A DNA stretch of 48,829 nucleotides, counting the filler, from Sphacelaria rigidula (lineage: Eukaryota): NCBI GenBank assembly GCA_964200075.2. It is 3 parts of 3 records of this genome, joined end to end, with 100 filler letters (N's around TTAATTAATTAA, not from the genome) between each part and the next. Parts side by side here need not be neighbours in the genome. Positions count along the whole stretch, not along the records: positions 32,623 to 48,829 come from CAXNAA020001443.1; 2 more parts are not named here. The stretch is one strand, 5' to 3'. The translations under genes and the position numbers were made by a program. This document shows positions 45,278 to 48,829 of this stretch, piece by piece. Position 1 is the first letter of the stretch. Every line of letters begins with the position of its first letter. Under the pieces are notes generated by a model, which saw nothing but the letters and a program-made list of their open reading frames with translations, was not told the DNA's origin and ran no database searches.

Positions 45278-48183
45278 AACTTTGGTAAAACGTTCCAGAA
45301 GCGTTTCCCCACCTCAAGACGTTTCGTTTTACGTTAGTCTACCGATCTCCTGTGTTTACCTGCTACTCTGCCACTACTACGGTCAAAGATCACGCCTCTG
45401 CCCTGGCTCCGGAGAGCGGGGGGGGGGGGGGGGGGGGGCAGGAAGGAGGGTTGGTGCTTTTAGTGGATGCCGAGAAGCGCTCCGAAAAGAAGGCGATTGG
45501 TGGAGGTTTTTGGCGTTATTAGTGTATTTTTTTAACCAAAAAAGTAGGTGATGGGCAAACCGTGGGCCTTCTCCATCCCCCGAAATATTAATGACAAGAG
45601 GTGGTCGACGGCGGACAGGCGGAGCTGAACTGCGGTCCTCTGGGGGCAAGACGCGGCCGACCGGCATTCTAAGCACCATGAGGCCGTGGCGTGACCGTAA
45701 AATGCGTAGTAGCGCATCATCTTGTTTCCTCCTGCTCTCCAGTCCTTCAACCAGTCCGCGTCGGGACGTGATTCCCAAAAACAAGGCGAAGTTCTTCATC
45801 CACAGAGAAATGGTTCCACATGGAGGGGGAGGGGGGGGGGCGGCAAGACAGGGGAAGGCTGAACCACTACTGACCACAAACGGGGATAATGTACTGTACT
45901 GTACGTCGATCATTATTCAAACTGTCGTGCCGCATGGATGATGCACGCGTCCACAAGGGATGCTTCACAGGTGATGCGATGGGGCCGAGGCCATGCGGGG
46001 CCGGGTGTCCAATGCTCGATATTTGGTGAAAAAGTTAAGAGCCAACCCTCAGTGCACGCGCCTTTCGTTAGCTAGGTGCTTCCTGTCCGGCAGGGGCGCC
46101 AGCGTCTATGGAGTAATTGCGGCAGGAGTTGCAGCAGCAGCAGCAGCAGCAGCGGCGGAGTCAGCTGTCCTGGAGTACCACTCCCCCCCTGTATCTTTCT
46201 TTTTCATTGTTCTTGATGTCTTACAGGTGGACAGGTGGTCGTTTGCTGCAACTATCAGCTACGCACGAACAAGATAGCCCGGGGCGATGCGAAGGAAGTG
46301 GGCGGAAGGGGGGGAACGAACGCGACGAGCAGAGGATTGCCGGGCTCAGGGCCGGGTATGGCCATAGTTCAGGAGCACTGCGGATGGCGACGACAGTAAT
46401 CGTGGCGGTGGCGTTCGTCTCGTGGCCCACCCTCTATCGGTCGGTCCTGCGGCCTTTCCCCCCTTTCCCCCGCTCCCTTGCCGCGTGCGTGCCTGTTCTT
46501 CTATGTGCTGTCATTGCTTCCTGTCCTGCCCTCATGTTTATCGTAGTCCCTTCGCCAATGAGATGGAGTACAGCTGCGTCGTGTGCCAGCGAAACGTTAT
46601 CGGGGGCGTTTGTGACGGTGCTTCCGGTATCGTGGCCCGTCTGCGTACTCATTGTTCGTTGTTATATTTTTTCACAGCCGTGTATTCTTCGTTTTCAACG
46701 ACCTGAAAAGAAATCGTCGTTGTGTCATGATTGTCTCGTTTTCCTGTGCAGGACATATAGACCGTTCAAAAATGGTTGGAACAAGCGCGATGTTGATTCG
46801 CGGGAAGGTAATTGATGTACATAGAGGTGGGGGGCGGCAAGGGACGCGTCGATGGGGTGGAGGAACTAAGATGGAGCGCCGCTTAAAATTTTCTCTTCCA
46901 CTTGTGGCGCATTGGACGACGATGTTTTGGTTCTGTCAATCGCAGTATGTGATCGTTTCGTCAAGTGGTTTCTCAGTCATGTTGAGTACAAGTGTCACGA
47001 GTTCTGTATAGTGACGCAGTCAGTGATGGAAGTAAATGCATCCTGTTTTTGTCTCCCAACCGTACGGCACCCGAGTAATTCATGGACAAACACCGAGTAG
47101 CCTAGTTGATACCAGGATAGGGCGTGCAGGATTGGATGTCGCGTGGGTGGCACAAGCAAGCACAGCCTCAAGTACTCATGAGCACGATCTGTCATGTCCG
47201 GCTTTTGTCTTTTCCCGCTCATCATATCGAGTCTGCCACTACCGCTCCGGTTTCATTTTCTGTCCTTCTCATCGCACAGGGGAATTCATTGACTCCACAA
47301 AATTTCGACTTGACCGCGGTATCGTCGATGATAAGTTGTTTTTCCGCTCGTGTGCTTCTAAAAAGTTGGTAGGCGTACACGCCTCGACCATTCGCAGTTG
47401 GTTTGAGGAGTGATCGGTCATACTTCCTCCGGTCGGGAACGTAGGATCGAATCAATTTGGTGGAAATATAAGCTCGTTTGGGATAACTCTCTTACCAGAG
47501 CCGTTTTCTGACTGGGGACGGCTGGGGACCAAGTGACGTTCTCTAAATGACTCATGGGTTCGTGATTTTCAACAACGAAAAATGGGGGCGGGGAAAGCGT
47601 TATTTCATCCCCAGGGCTGGAGACGCGAGAACCCCCCCTCCCGCCCCCAAAGCGCTCATCCTCTGGATCGACTGACTACTGTAATGGTCGCCTCCGGGAC
47701 ATTTCGCCTTTGCGCGATTCTCCAGAACCCGAGGAGACCTACTGTGCACAAGTTTCCGAGAGTTTTTGACCGGAACCCATATTCGGAGATTTTCCTTTTT
47801 TTTTTCAGCTCTTCCTCCAGAGTGTAAGTAGTTCGATGTTGGTTCCCATGACAAACTCGGTTTCCAGCGTTTGCTCCAGATCATACGAGAACTATCAAGA
47901 AAAAAAGTCCAGCGAAACTTCTTCATTAGCCCCTGGTACCCATATTTTACTCCAAGCCAGCTTACACTCCCGACCAGGGGTAGTATGTGTTTTTTCCTCT
48001 CTAATATTCGGAATTGCGGCTTCCCCGTCCTCCCGCCAGGTATCGAAGAAGGACGGTCGAGTTTTTCGGAGCTCATGTAACGCCCACAGAAGAGCACAGA
48101 GTTTCTCGCACATGAAAACCCCCGTTTTCCTACCTGCAAACAGTTTTACGCCCTTGGCTTTTTAATGAGGTATAACTGTCCAT

Positions 48184-48336
48184 TTGCCGCCGCGCCCCGG
48201 TGGTGTAATGATCCGACGGTCCGACTGTCGCTATTACGGTGGAGAGAACGGGGGTTCGATTCCCGATGCGCTGGGTATTTTCGTGGTAATGTATGACTTC
48301 CACTGTGGAACGCGTGAGAACGTGAGTAAACAAAGT
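48184..48336 (+). mobile_element. tRNA-derived SINE, family A
   Basis: CCGGTGGTGTAATG (A box) ... GGGGTTCGATTCCCG (B box), followed by a body matching the reverse complement of 14-157. Confidence 0.75.
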
Positions 48337-48829
48337 ACAGTGTCGGGCTCTCAGTAGTGCGGGTATGTGCCCACCACGGACACCGGCACTACTCAGAAAG
48401 CCCGACACTGCTCTGAAAAGTGCCAAAACAAGTGCGATTGAGGGCTCTGAATACCTCAGTAGTGCTGGTTCTGGCACTACCGACGGCCGTCCGTTCGTAC
48501 AGTGCTACGCTTGCCCTTCGTGAGACCAACGGAAGCACAAAGTGGACGAGGACCTTTGTATCGAGGGGTTTCGATAGAATACGTCAAGTAAGATTTCGGG
48601 GTAGCAGAACTATACCCCATGTTTTTTTGTTTTTCACATTCATCTTGATTGATCCTATTCACAGGTTGATCATTTCCTTCCCTACTAGCACAACAGCAGC
48701 GCCACAAAAGTTGCTCATGCCGAAAGACCTTCCCGACAAGAAAAACAAGGACACATGTGACGGCGGATATTAGTCGCTTAAATGGAAGGCGTTCTCGATG
48801 TGCGTGATATGGGCAATAGGTCGTATTCC

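Noticed and set aside
45300-47460. ORFs of 100-232 aa downstream of the ankyrin gene, with poly-G and (GCA)n runs
   Set aside because: Low-complexity sequence with no recognisable motifs and no consistent exon chain. Likely UTR or intergenic DNA.
48196-48272. tRNA gene
   Set aside because: A and B boxes are present but the cloverleaf is disrupted, and homology to 14-157 extends beyond the tRNA part, so it is called a SINE.

Overview
Eukaryotic genomic DNA with GT-AG introns, most consistent with a brown alga (Phaeophyceae). This is inferred from gene style, TTAGGG motifs and repeat families. The window is three assembly pieces joined by two artificial 100-bp spacers (44N-TTAATTAATTAA-44N at 16212-16311 and 32523-32622). 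Three protein-coding genes can be reconstructed by hand. (1) The 5' and central part of a giant BIG/UBR4-type UBR-box E3 ligase gene on the minus strand (8 exons, ~718-14571; it continues off the left edge). (2) A gene the ORF track essentially misses: six small minus-strand exons spread over 12.5 kb (17031-29514) that splice in frame into a right-handed parallel beta-helix (pectin-lyase-fold) protein resembling bacterial polysaccharide lyases. (3) A three-exon ankyrin-repeat gene on the plus strand (40497-45277). Introns and intergenic DNA are full of short mobile elements: two tRNA-derived SINE families, LINE 3' fragments, an hAT MITE with an 8-bp TSD, a TG...CA MITE family with 2-bp TSDs, several foldback/TIR elements, palindromic minisatellites and interstitial telomere-like motifs. 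No CRISPR array, rRNA or intact tRNA is supported. All homology calls come from motif recognition, not database searches.
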